The position numbers were made by a program, and so were the translations under genes. From contig NW_008246077.1 in assembly GCF_000281045.1 (NCBI RefSeq), positions 571,129-624,383 on the forward strand: a stretch of DNA of 53,255 nucleotides, read 5' to 3'. Under the pieces are notes generated by a model. That model saw only the letters and a list, made by a program, of their open reading frames with translations. It made no database searches and had not been told where the DNA came from. The stretch comes from Saprolegnia diclina VS20 (lineage: Eukaryota). Shown one piece after another: positions 36,089 to 45,593 of the stretch. Position 1 is the stretch's first letter. Every line of letters starts with the position of its first letter.

Positions 36089-37672
36089 CTATTGGTCATG
36101 CTTCATCGACGCCAGTCGATCTATCGCGGCGACAAGCGCGTCTTGAAAGTGCTCGAGGTCCAAACTGCGGCCAAGAAGCGTGCGCAGAGAGAGTTGCATC
36201 TGCCCGTCGTACGACACACTGACGACCTCGAGCATGTGGGCGTTGCGGTAGTCGAGGTCGGACGACATAAAGTAAAAGGCATCGAGCGGTCGACCCGCAA
36301 TGCGTAGACGCGCAGCGGGGCCGACGACGCTGCTCGCGTACATGGGACTCGACCAGGACCCGCGCGGCGGCACTGGGACGTGTCCAAGAAGCCAGCGTGG
36401 CACGAGCGCAAGGCCCGCGTCCCGACACCACCGACGTACTGCGATGTCCTTCTGGATCGACTGCCCCGCCCGGGCCACCGCACGCAGGCGGTCGTTGGCT
36501 TCGACCATCTCGACATGCAGCGGCAAGCAGATCGCCACAAGATCCGCTTGCATCCGGTCGACGTCGCCGTGCCGCGCGTCGACTGGTAAGCGCACCTGCA
36601 GCTGCAGCGATTCGACCAGCGCCGCGTCAAAGTTGGTCAAGAGCAATGTGCGGAGCGCATCGCCGAGTGCTGCCACAAGCACTTGACTCACCGTGACGCT
36701 GTGGCGCCGAGCGATCGTCTGGAACGACGTCAAAGGAATGCGGCACAAGCACGTCTGGGGCGCCTCAGTGGCTGGCGTCAGCGCTGCGTAAAAGCGGGCG
36801 AGCGAGCCAAACCCGTCGCGCCGTCCTTGGAAGCCCAGATAGGGCACGGCGGGGCGACTTACATCGTCCCAGAGGCGCCCGAGTGCGTCGACGACGTCCG
36901 TGAAGTGCCTGGTGCTTGTTCGTTGTGGCCGGATGGTCGATGGACATGGAGCGTCCGCGAGAACGCGTTGGAGAAACTGGATGCAGCCCATGCCGTCGAT
37001 GATGCCATGCGGGACGCGGAAGACGATACCATCCCGCGACCCGCGCACGAGCCATAGCTCCCATGGCCGGTACGCATCCATGGGCACCGCCGCGATGCGG
37101 TCGACCAATGTTGTCGTTGCTTCGTCGGACGTGAGCGCCAAAAAGTGTGGGCCGACCGGCGTGCTATCCCGTAGCGCATGAAATCGCTTGGTTTTCGGGT
37201 CGTACAGTCGAAACAAGGTTGCAAACGTAGCGCGCGTACGCTTCAGGCGCGGTTCGATAGCAGCCTGCAGCTCGGCCAGACGCAGAGACGTGGAGGCAAG
37301 CTCGAAGACGCCAATGGTGTTGCGTCCGGCCATGAGCGCCTGGTTCATAAATTCGAGGGGCGGCGTGTGTTCGCCATCGACGTCGACGTCGACAAGCTGC
37401 CTCGGAAGCGGCACGACCTGACCGTCGATAAAAAGACTCGTGTTGAGCTCGCTGGCATCGGCAAACGTGAGGGCGAGCATGCGCGGGCTCAGGTACGTGA
37501 CTTGACAGGGTGGCTCGATGCGCGGTGGCTGCGATGGCTCGAACGGGACGCCGCCCTCGGTGCGCTCGAGGTAGACGACACGAGGGCCATGCAGAGGTAC
37601 GTAAGCTGACGTCGCGAGCGCTGGCGGATGCAGCGTGTACAGGTAGCGTCGACATGGCACGTGGCGCAGCAT
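36089..37672 (-). CDS. WS/DGAT-like (condensation-fold) acyltransferase with N-terminal extension
   Basis: MDAYRPWELW, IVFRVPHGIIDGMG (HHxxxDG variant), TVSQVLVAALGDALR, RLPVDAR, SSVVGP...LRIAG and VVSVSYDGQM. Intronless. Confidence 0.8.
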   Translation of the reverse strand: MLRHVPCRRYLYTLHPPALATSAYVPLHGPRVVYLERTEGGVPFEPSQPPRIEPPCQVTYLSPRMLALTFADASELNTSLFIDGQVVPLPRQLVDVDVDGEHTPPLEFMNQALMAGRNTIGVFELASTSLRLAELQAAIEPRLKRTRATFATLFRLYDPKTKRFHALRDSTPVGPHFLALTSDEATTTLVDRIAAVPMDAYRPWELWLVRGSRDGIVFRVPHGIIDGMGCIQFLQRVLADAPCPSTIRPQRTSTRHFTDVVDALGRLWDDVSRPAVPYLGFQGRRDGFGSLARFYAALTPATEAPQTCLCRIPLTSFQTIARRHSVTVSQVLVAALGDALRTLLLTNFDAALVESLQLQVRLPVDARHGDVDRMQADLVAICLPLHVEMVEANDRLRAVARAGQSIQKDIAVRRWCRDAGLALVPRWLLGHVPVPPRGSWSSPMYASSVVGPAARLRIAGRPLDAFYFMSSDLDYRNAHMLEVVSVSYDGQMQLSLRTLLGRSLDLEHFQDALVAAIDRLASMKHDQ

Positions 37673-37776
37673 GATGCCACCTCGTGTCGCCCTTTGACGT
37701 GGCAGTTTTTGCAAAGGATATCCGGTGGATTAACCGGATTCTCATTTCAATATCTTTTCCGCATCGGCCTTGCAGC

Positions 37777-38190
37777 ATGCGCTTCCGTGCCCAGCTCGTC
37801 GTGCAGGTCGACGGGGTGCTCAAGCACTCGCAGCGTCTCTACGACCTCGTCGTCGACGACGATGGCATGATCGTCTTCAAGGGCAATGGGTCCTTCACAC
37901 GGTCCTTCCCCAAGCCCGACAAGGTCGTCATGGGGACGCGGGTCCTGCGCATCTCGCAGGGCGCCCGCCATTTTCTCTGTCGGTTCCCTGACCCAGCGGC
38001 GTTTGCTACGTGTGTCGCGCATCTCCAGACCCTTCGCCTCGCGCTTCTCGACGTGCCGGCGTTCTTGCGCCAAGACAGCAAGAAGCTCGCGAGCTTGGCG
38101 TACTGCCGCCAATACTTAGCCCACCCCCAACTCCCCGCGGCCAGCGCCAACGTCCAAAGAAGCTTCAACAACCTCATCTTCAAGCGTTAG
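37777..38190 (+). CDS. Small beta-rich protein, candidate REC114/PHS1-like
   Basis: 137 aa. PH-like strands end in HFLCRFPDPAAFATCVAHL, and the C-terminal helix is LAYCRQYLAHPQLPAASANVQRSF. INR TCTCATTTC at about 37740. Confidence 0.5.
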   Translation: MRFRAQLVVQVDGVLKHSQRLYDLVVDDDGMIVFKGNGSFTRSFPKPDKVVMGTRVLRISQGARHFLCRFPDPAAFATCVAHLQTLRLALLDVPAFLRQDSKKLASLAYCRQYLAHPQLPAASANVQRSFNNLIFKR

Positions 38191-38207
38191 TCGACACATT
38201 CGATTTC

Positions 38208-41200
38208 TTATGCGAGCGTCGGCGGCGTGTACGTCGACTCGAGCGTCACGCTGTTGAAGTAGTAGTACACCTGGTTGGCCTCGTCCCAGTACTGCGTCCA
38301 CTCGCCGAGCTGCACTGGCGCGTAGATCGAGACGTCGTCCGCAGTCGGCTCGGCAAACGCCGACGGCCGGTCAAATGTGCGCTGGCCCGTCTTTTGGTTG
38401 AGATAGTATGTGACGTTGTTGGTCACGTCGACCTTGCGCACCCACGCCATTGCAATGTCGTCGGCCGATGCTGTGAACGCGTCCGGCGGCACGTACGAGC
38501 TCACTTTGGTCGACACGTTGAAGTACCACTCGCGCTTTGTCTCGTGGTCAATGTACTTTTCCCAGTCGCCAAGGACCACATTTGGCGTCCGGTACTCGCC
38601 GACGCGAAGGAACCAGCCATCGAGCTCGTCTTGCTCCATCTCGGACGGCCACAGCGATGGGAACTCGCCGTCGCCATAGTCGATGCGCTTGTCGTAGTAG
38701 TCGTAGAGGGTGCGGAAGGCGTGTCGCCGGCGCCGCCCGCCCGCATGGATGGCCTCCCAGCACTACACGAATATGAGCCGAGTCGTTCGAGACGGCCGCA
38801 CACGGCACCGCTTTGCAAAAGAACTCTTGGCAGTCTTGGCACTCGTTGGCCGCGTCCGCGATATCTACAATAAGCGATACGACTGCGGCTCATTTGCGTG
38901 GCGATGTACCGCAGTCGTTGCACTTGGGGCGCGGCAAGAGGTCGAGCATGTCTTGGGGCATACGGTGCCGGATCTCGCCCGTGTCTTGGTGCTAGTTCAC
39001 GTTTTTCTTTGGTATAGTGCAAGATAGACAATGTCGTACGTAGTAGGTCTTGGTGCCGTTCTCGGGGTTGGGTACTTCCTTCCAGCGCTTCTTGCGTGCC
39101 AGGACCGCGGCCTTGGACCGGTCGCGCCCTTTCTTACCCCGCCAGCCTGCTTGAATGCGCGTGGCACATTGATGCTGCATCTTTGCTTCGGCGAGGAGGC
39201 GCTACATGCAATGATATCGTCAGAAATGATCTCTCGCGTCCAGCAGCTCTACGAGCATGGCGTCTCTTTGCATCTGTGCGGCGTGCAGTCGCGCGCGACG
39301 ACCACGGTAGATGGTTTGGAGCTTTGTCGTGGCGGCAGACCGCGCCTCAAACGCGGCATCTTTGAGAAACTTGAGCATCTGCATGCCCATGCGACCTACG
39401 AGGTGCGGTGATCACCAGATGTCACTCACGTGTCGGCACGCGACACCTTGTTTGCGTCGCCAGGCACTTTGCACTTTGCGTGCTGCGAGGGCGAGTGCCT
39501 TCTTGTGCAGCAGCAGCTGCAGCGTTTGGTGCTGCAGCATCGCACGGCGCGCGCGAAAGCGTCGCTGGACTCGCGTCGCTGCGGCGGCCTCGGCCACCCG
39601 GCGATGCACGCGCTGAAAGAAGAGTCGGCGCTCGCGCCGCCGCCGCAGTGCGCGCTGGAGCAGCGTGGCTGCACGGTCTCGCTCGGCCATGCACGCGGCC
39701 ATGTCTTGTCGCAATCGCCGCGCGACGTGCCGCGCCGCGCGCCCGCGGTAGATGGTTTGCAGCTTGCGCGCTGCGGCATCTTGCTTGCGACGGTGCGCTA
39801 GCACAACCTGCAGCGCATGAGCAGACAGAGAAGGCAGGATGCTCGCCGACCTCGTGGTGGGCACGGCAGCGCTGGCGCCACGTAAAGCATCGCAGCGCGT
39901 GCTGCAGAACGCGTGCGGCGGTGTCCCGTGCGACGGCCCGTGCGTGCGCCAGTTGGCGCAAGGTCGCCAGCTCCCGCCGCGCGACATAGCTCCGCCAACT
40001 CGTTTGGATTCGAACGACCATGCGTAGCTTGTACGCTTCCTCGGCGCGGTGCCTTCGTCGCGTCGCTTCTTCGCGGGCTCGCTTGGCGCGGTAGGTACTC
40101 TAGTACACGGGTGAAGATCGTGCGAATGAAAGGCAGACGCCACGGTACCTGGATGAGCGTCGCGGCCTGCGTCTGCTTGCGAAGCTGCATGCGGCGCACC
40201 CACACATACCGCCGCGCTTGCCGCCCACGAAAGACGCTTTGTATTCGTCGTGCGGCCCAGCGCATGAGCGCATCGTCTCGCTGCGCAGCGGCCGCGCGGC
40301 GCGCCACCTTGCAGCGGTAGAGACACTACGCGCAGTGCGGAGATGAGCTTTGCGACCACTGCATCAAGGTCGGTACTTGGATCTTGATGGCGGCCTTCCA
40401 GCAGTGCCCGTACTCGTCAATGAATAGCATGTCGTTGGCGCGGTGCTGCGGAAAGAGTCCTCGACGACCACCCATCTCCCGCAAGGCACCATACTTCCAC
40501 GCCGCCCGAAGCGGCTTGAGCGCCATGAAGGAAATCGCCGAGTGCTAGATGATAGGAACTAGTACGATGGCTGTAGCGACGCAACGTACCGAAACATCGA
40601 GATGCATGAGGTGGGTACAGCGGTCGGCGAGCCAGGAAATGCCCACCATCGTGATGCGCCCGAGACCGACGAGCCAGAGGTACTGCAGCTTGAGAAGGCC
40701 GTCGCAGATCGCCAAGAGCCCCATGTCATCCACCAAACCACAGCCTACGTGTCGCTGCGTCAGCATGCAAGTGTGTCACCGCCTTCTACCGGTGAGGTCG
40801 AGCGACGTGAGGAGGTGGCAGCCGTGGCAAACCCGCTGGAGTCCGCCACTCGAAATGCGGTCGCAGTTGCGCAGCTTGAGGGTCTCGAGCTGGCGTAAGT
40901 GCCGACCGATGCTTGCGAGCGCGTGGTCGTCCACGAGCGCACACTCGTTCAACACCATTACCGTCAGTTTGACGCAGTGCGCGGCCAGCACACTCACGCC
41001 GTCGCTCGAAATCTTGGTGCACTGCGTGAGGGTGAGCGTCAAGAGGTGGTGGCAGCGGAGCTTTCGAAGCGCGGTCTACGGTCGCACACTTAGTGGTTGC
41101 GTGTCGACGCAGATCAAGCGATATCGTACATCGTCAACACGTGGGCACTTGGTCAAGTCGATGTGCTGCAGCTGCGTGCACCGAAGCCCGAGCGCCGCCA

Positions 41201-42637
41201 GACCATGCGGCTCGGCCTGCGCGGTCCCAGCAGACGCCAAGACGAGGCCCTTCATGCGAAGGGTGCTGAGCTCGTGGCACCCGAGCGAGATAAGGTGCAA
41301 GCCAACATCCGTCATGCGCACGCAGAGCGAAATGTCGAGTGTCGTCAGTTGCAAGCACCCTTCGGCGAGCGCGCGTAGTGCGTAGTCGGTGAGCTTGCTG
41401 CAGCCCGATATGTCGACATGCGTGAGCGCTGCGCAGCCCAGTCCGAGCCAGCTCAAGCCTGCATCCGTAATGTGGTCGCAGCCCGACACATCGAGATACT
41501 AGACGACGACAAATGACTCTCAAGGACGATGCAAAACTACATATTCCAGGGCGAACGACGTACTTGGAGGACTTTGCAGTGCTCGGAGAGCGAGAGAAGA
41601 CACATGTCGGTGATCTTGTACAAAAACTCGGAGCGTTGCAGCTCCAATCGGGTAAGGTCCAAGCAGGCGTTCGCGACGGCGTGCAAGCCCTGGTCCGATA
41701 CCTATCACGCCAGTAATTGAACCCGGTCCGTGCAGCCTCCAAAGAACCTCTTTACAGCCGTTGAGATTGAGACAGTGCAAGCGGGGACAGTGCTGAGAGA
41801 GCGCGGTCAAAAGCGCGTCGGTGGCCTACCAGAAAAGCTTGGCGTTGGGCACGAACCGGCCCGCTGCGTACATGAACGCAGTGCGCGACATCCAACGCTC
41901 GCAGCCGTCGACAACCGTGCGTCACTTTGATGAGTGCATACTCGGGGAGCTGTCGGCACCCGCTCAAGCTAAGGTCTACGCAACACATGTGATGTCGGGG
42001 CTTTGTTCTTGTGGCACCTTCGAGATAGGCGCAGCCGTCGCCGATGGCCGCGACACCCGCGCCTTCCAACGTCATCATGTGGCTCAGATCCAAGCGTCGC
42101 AAGTACGTGCACGCGCCCGCGACGGCGCGCACGAGACCATCCGTGAGCTACCATTTGTGGTCACCAAAATGAAATGGACGGCAAAGGGCAACTTGGGGAC
42201 AGCGACTCAGCACCAGCGACTGCAGGAGAGGACCCATGGTCCGCAAGACGCAGAGCACACCCGCATCTGTAATCTAGCGCGTCTTGTCTATGCCGGTGTT
42301 GATCTCAACCATGCGTACATGCTCGCCATTTCGCAAATTGAGTTTCATATCGCGCCGCTGAGGTGTTTCTATCGATATCTATGTGAGCTGCAATACCATC
42401 TCGAGCTACCCAAGCAGCCTACGACGTACTCGAGGACGGACTCTCGGGCAACTGGTTGGACAGCGGCGATTGCAGTGCCGCGAGCCGCGCCATGCACGAG
42501 TCGAATGCGATAAGCGTCCACATCTGCTTGCACATAGAGCGTTTAGCTTCTACACATGAGAGGCGTACTGAGAGGTCGACGTCAGTGCCGCGCAGCAGCT
42601 CGGGCGGCAGCTCCTTGTAGGCGAGGTCCAAGGACAT
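38208..42637 (-). CDS. Large LRR (Cys-containing, FBXL-like) - IQ repeats - WW - B-box - WW x3 protein, many introns
   Basis: LRRs of the form LTHVDISGCSKLTDYAL. IQ motifs include IQSVFRGRQARR, IQTSWRSYVARR, LQTIYRGRAARH and IQAGWRGKKGR. B-box: CNDC..A..ECQDCQEFFC..CW..IH..RRRH. WW: WVRKVD...TYYLNQKTG..TFDRP. The single-gene linkage is inferred from splice-compatible exons. Confidence 0.75.
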
Positions 42638-43040
42638 GGCGAGAAGGTCCTGGGCGCGTGCGATCGTCGGGCTATGCAACGTCCTCATTCGAATTATCCG
42701 GTGACAAGATAGTAATATACGAGGGAGGCAGAGCATCGAGGCGAATGCCCATGTGCGGCTTGCGCTTGCGACTTCTGTCCATGCATGCGTGAGACGGTCG
42801 GTCGCGTGAGCTCATGTACCGAAGTCGCGGCGGCATGAGTCGGTTTCACGGACGCAGGTCAATGTTAGTGTTTTCCCAACGGTCTTGGCTCTTCTCGCCA
42901 CGGTCCATAGGACGTGCGAGGTCGACAAGGGCATGTAGACATGTACATTATTGTCGGATGCGATGCCGACAAATGCGATCCTTCCTGGCTTTGCTATGGC
43001 CATCGGTGGTGTGATGGTATAGTACAGGGAAATATCAGAG

Positions 43041-44012
43041 TTAACCAAAGACGAGGGGATTCGCAGGAGTCGGCTTGCTCGTCATCTTGGGCGCGCGTCG
43101 CACGGGCGTCGACGAGGGCGCGTCGTCTTGGTTGCTCGATGTGGCCTTGTACGTTTTGAGCTGGCGCTTCAAGCCCATGATGGCGTCTTCGTCGCGCGCC
43201 ATGTTGGCGTTGGCGTGGTGCAAGAGGAGTCGCAGCTCGTCGTTTTCCTTTTGCAGCGACGCAATCGCATCGATGTCTTCTGGCCCTTCTTCGATCGTGT
43301 CGAGGCGCTGGAGCTGCAGCTTGGCCTCGGCCAGCGCCCGCTGACAGGAGGCTTTCTCTAGCACGAGCGCCCGATTCTCTTGCATGAGACTCTGAACCTC
43401 GCCTTGGAGCTCTCGGCGAGCGCTGCGCTGGGTCTCCTCGGCCTGGCGCCGTTGTGTATCCAGCTCTGCCGCGCAGTCGGCGCGCACTTGGTGGAGCTGG
43501 ACCGTGAGCGAGTCCACGTCAGCCTGAAGGCGGGCTATCACGGCCTCGTAGTACGCGCGAACATTGCTCGCCGTCGGAGATGCAGCGTCCGTCTCGGGCG
43601 AAGTTGCATTGTTCCCGCTGTGGATCCGCGTCACAAGGAGCGTGAGCTTCTCTAGCCACTCGTCCTGAAGCGTCGTGTAGGCCTGTTTGGCGGCCGCAAA
43701 CTCCTGCAAAAGATCGTCGCAGACCTTGACCGGCGTCGTAGGCTCCACCCGTTGCTGCTCGCCACTCGGTGGCAACGACGCCGCGCGTGTCAAGCGTACG
43801 CTCTGCGCGTTGGCCGACCGCCATCGCACAGGGGGTGGCGCTTCGGACGCACGGCGAAGCGCCGGCCTTTCCTTGGGCAGGGGCTTGGGCGCCGGCCGCA
43901 TCGACTGCTTGCGGAGGAACTCTACCTTTGCCGGCGCGGCGCGAACCCGCGTGCTGCTGCTGCTCGTCTCGCGCATGTACGAGCGCAGGTCCTTGGCCGC
44001 GGACCCGGCCAT
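43041..44012 (-). CDS. Hypothetical coiled-coil protein
   Basis: Long ORF from MAGSAAKDL with a heptad-rich E/Q/L/R C-terminal half. The 3' end may be spliced. Confidence 0.65.
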   Translation of the reverse strand: MAGSAAKDLRSYMRETSSSSTRVRAAPAKVEFLRKQSMRPAPKPLPKERPALRRASEAPPPVRWRSANAQSVRLTRAASLPPSGEQQRVEPTTPVKVCDDLLQEFAAAKQAYTTLQDEWLEKLTLLVTRIHSGNNATSPETDAASPTASNVRAYYEAVIARLQADVDSLTVQLHQVRADCAAELDTQRRQAEETQRSARRELQGEVQSLMQENRALVLEKASCQRALAEAKLQLQRLDTIEEGPEDIDAIASLQKENDELRLLLHHANANMARDEDAIMGLKRQLKTYKATSSNQDDAPSSTPVRRAPKMTSKPTPANPLVFG

Positions 44013-44309
44013 CTTGTACTGCGCGAAATCCGGTTTGATTTTAGCCAATCCGCAACCGCCGGGGTTTTGCACCGACGGTTCACTCATGCAGCGAGGACCA
44101 TGGCCCAAGGACGCCAAGGAGAGTGAGGCTTCTCTGGTCGACCTCAAATGGCCTCCATGCGCGTGCACCTGTGCTTGATACATATTCGGCGAGGTTGATA
44201 CTATTCACTTCTAGAGACCTTCCCCTCCAGATAGAATGTATTCATTGTGTAAAGGTATTAAATGATAGAGTATTGCTTGCAGAATGAACATTCGCCAACC
44301 TTCACCACC

Positions 44310-44819
44310 ATGCTCCGGACCACGGTCGCGCGCGCCTTCCCATCGGGCGTCCTGAAGCCTCTGGTCCAAGCGCCGCTAGGTCTTCTGCGCCATCACAGCG
44401 GCCATGCCCACGGTGATCACGACCATGATCATGACCACGACCATGATCATGACCACGACCACTCGCACGACCATGACCACGGTCATGGCCATGACCATGC
44501 GGCAATGGGCGCGCTGGACGAGGCTGGCCACTCGGGCCCGCCGTCGATGGTGCGCCATACCAAGGGCAAGAACCACTCGGGTCTGCAGAAGCAAGTGTTT
44601 AGTTTGTACCGGTCGTACCTCCGCGTGGCGTACGAGAAGCAGCGTCTTGGCGAAGAGGGCACAGTGGCCTTTGTCCGCGACCGGTTCCGGTCCGAGGCCC
44701 ACTCGATCGACCGCATGAACTTCCACATGATCGAGTACCTCCTCCGGAAGGGCGAGCGCCAAGTCAAGCAGTTCAAGGCTGCCAAGAACGCCACGTACGT
44801 CCAGCCGGCGCAGCAATAA
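44310..44819 (+). CDS. SDHAF1: LYR-motif protein, SDHAF1/Sdh6-like, with His/Asp-rich insert
   Basis: HSGLQKQVFSLYRSYLR...VRDRFR...IEYLLRKGERQV. The start resembles a mitochondrial presequence (MLRTTVARAF). Contains an (HD)n tract. Confidence 0.8.
   Translation: MLRTTVARAFPSGVLKPLVQAPLGLLRHHSGHAHGDHDHDHDHDHDHDHDHSHDHDHGHGHDHAAMGALDEAGHSGPPSMVRHTKGKNHSGLQKQVFSLYRSYLRVAYEKQRLGEEGTVAFVRDRFRSEAHSIDRMNFHMIEYLLRKGERQVKQFKAAKNATYVQPAQQ
44404..44498 (+). repeat. Coding hexanucleotide repeat (CAY GAY)n encoding a His-Asp tract
   Basis: CACGACCATGATCATGACCACGACCATGATCATGACCACGACCAC... Confidence 0.9.
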
Positions 44820-44860
44820 AATACAATCATCCAACATTTTATTTTAATATTTGCTTCGAG

Positions 44861-45540
44861 ATGGCAGCGACGTGCGGCGCGCTCTACCCGCGGGCCGGGA
44901 AGCTCGTCTTCGAGCTCAAGACGCAGCTCGGGTACCTCGACCAGGGCGCAAGCAGCAGCACCGAGATGCAGGCCCGGGAGACCGCGGCCGCGCTCCGCTC
45001 GCTCATCGACCAGCTCGACTCGCTCGTCTACTCGGAGAACCCCGCCGGCAGAGACATTTGGATGAAGAAGGTCCAGCAGCTCCGCGAAGACTACGCGCTT
45101 CTCAACAACACGCTCGAGCAGCGCTGTATCCAGTCGAGCCGATCGCAGATCGAGCTCCAGGAGCGCCAGAAGCTCCTCTCGCGCCGCGGCAATGCTGCGC
45201 AGAACGACATTGCGATGCTCTCGCACGAGTACGACTCGCTCGGCCGTTCGTCGCGCATGGTCAACGACCTCACCGACCTCTCGTACGCGACCCTTGGCAA
45301 CCTCAGTACGCGCAGCTCATCTCTCTCCTGTACATCATGCTACCATGTGTAGGCGACCAGCGCGACCGCATGAAGGGCGTCCAGCGCAAGGTCCTCGACG
45401 TGGCCAACCGCCTCGGCCTCTCGGGCTCGCTCCTGCGCATCATCGAGCGAAGAGACACGGTCGACAAGTGGATCGTATATGGCGGGATGGTCCTCGTACT
45501 CGGCTTTATGTATGTGTGCGTCGCGTACCTCCGCGGGTAA
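44861..45540 (+). CDS. Golgi Qb-SNARE membrin/GOSR2/Bos1
   Basis: N-terminal helical bundle, ER.KLL.R, SNARE motif LGNL|DQRDRMKGVQRKVLDVANRLGLSGSLLRIIERR..VDKWI, and a C-terminal TM. Intron at about 45307-45352. Confidence 0.9.
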
Positions 45541-45593
45541 TGCTCGCTTATACCATGACGCTTCAGCTCGGTTACTTTGCCAAACTCGAAAGC

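Noticed and set aside
37365..37395. DVDG in the WS/DGAT N-terminus as a lipin/HAD DxDxT catalytic motif
   Set aside because: It reads DVDGE, sits in the wrong position, and has no HAD fold following.
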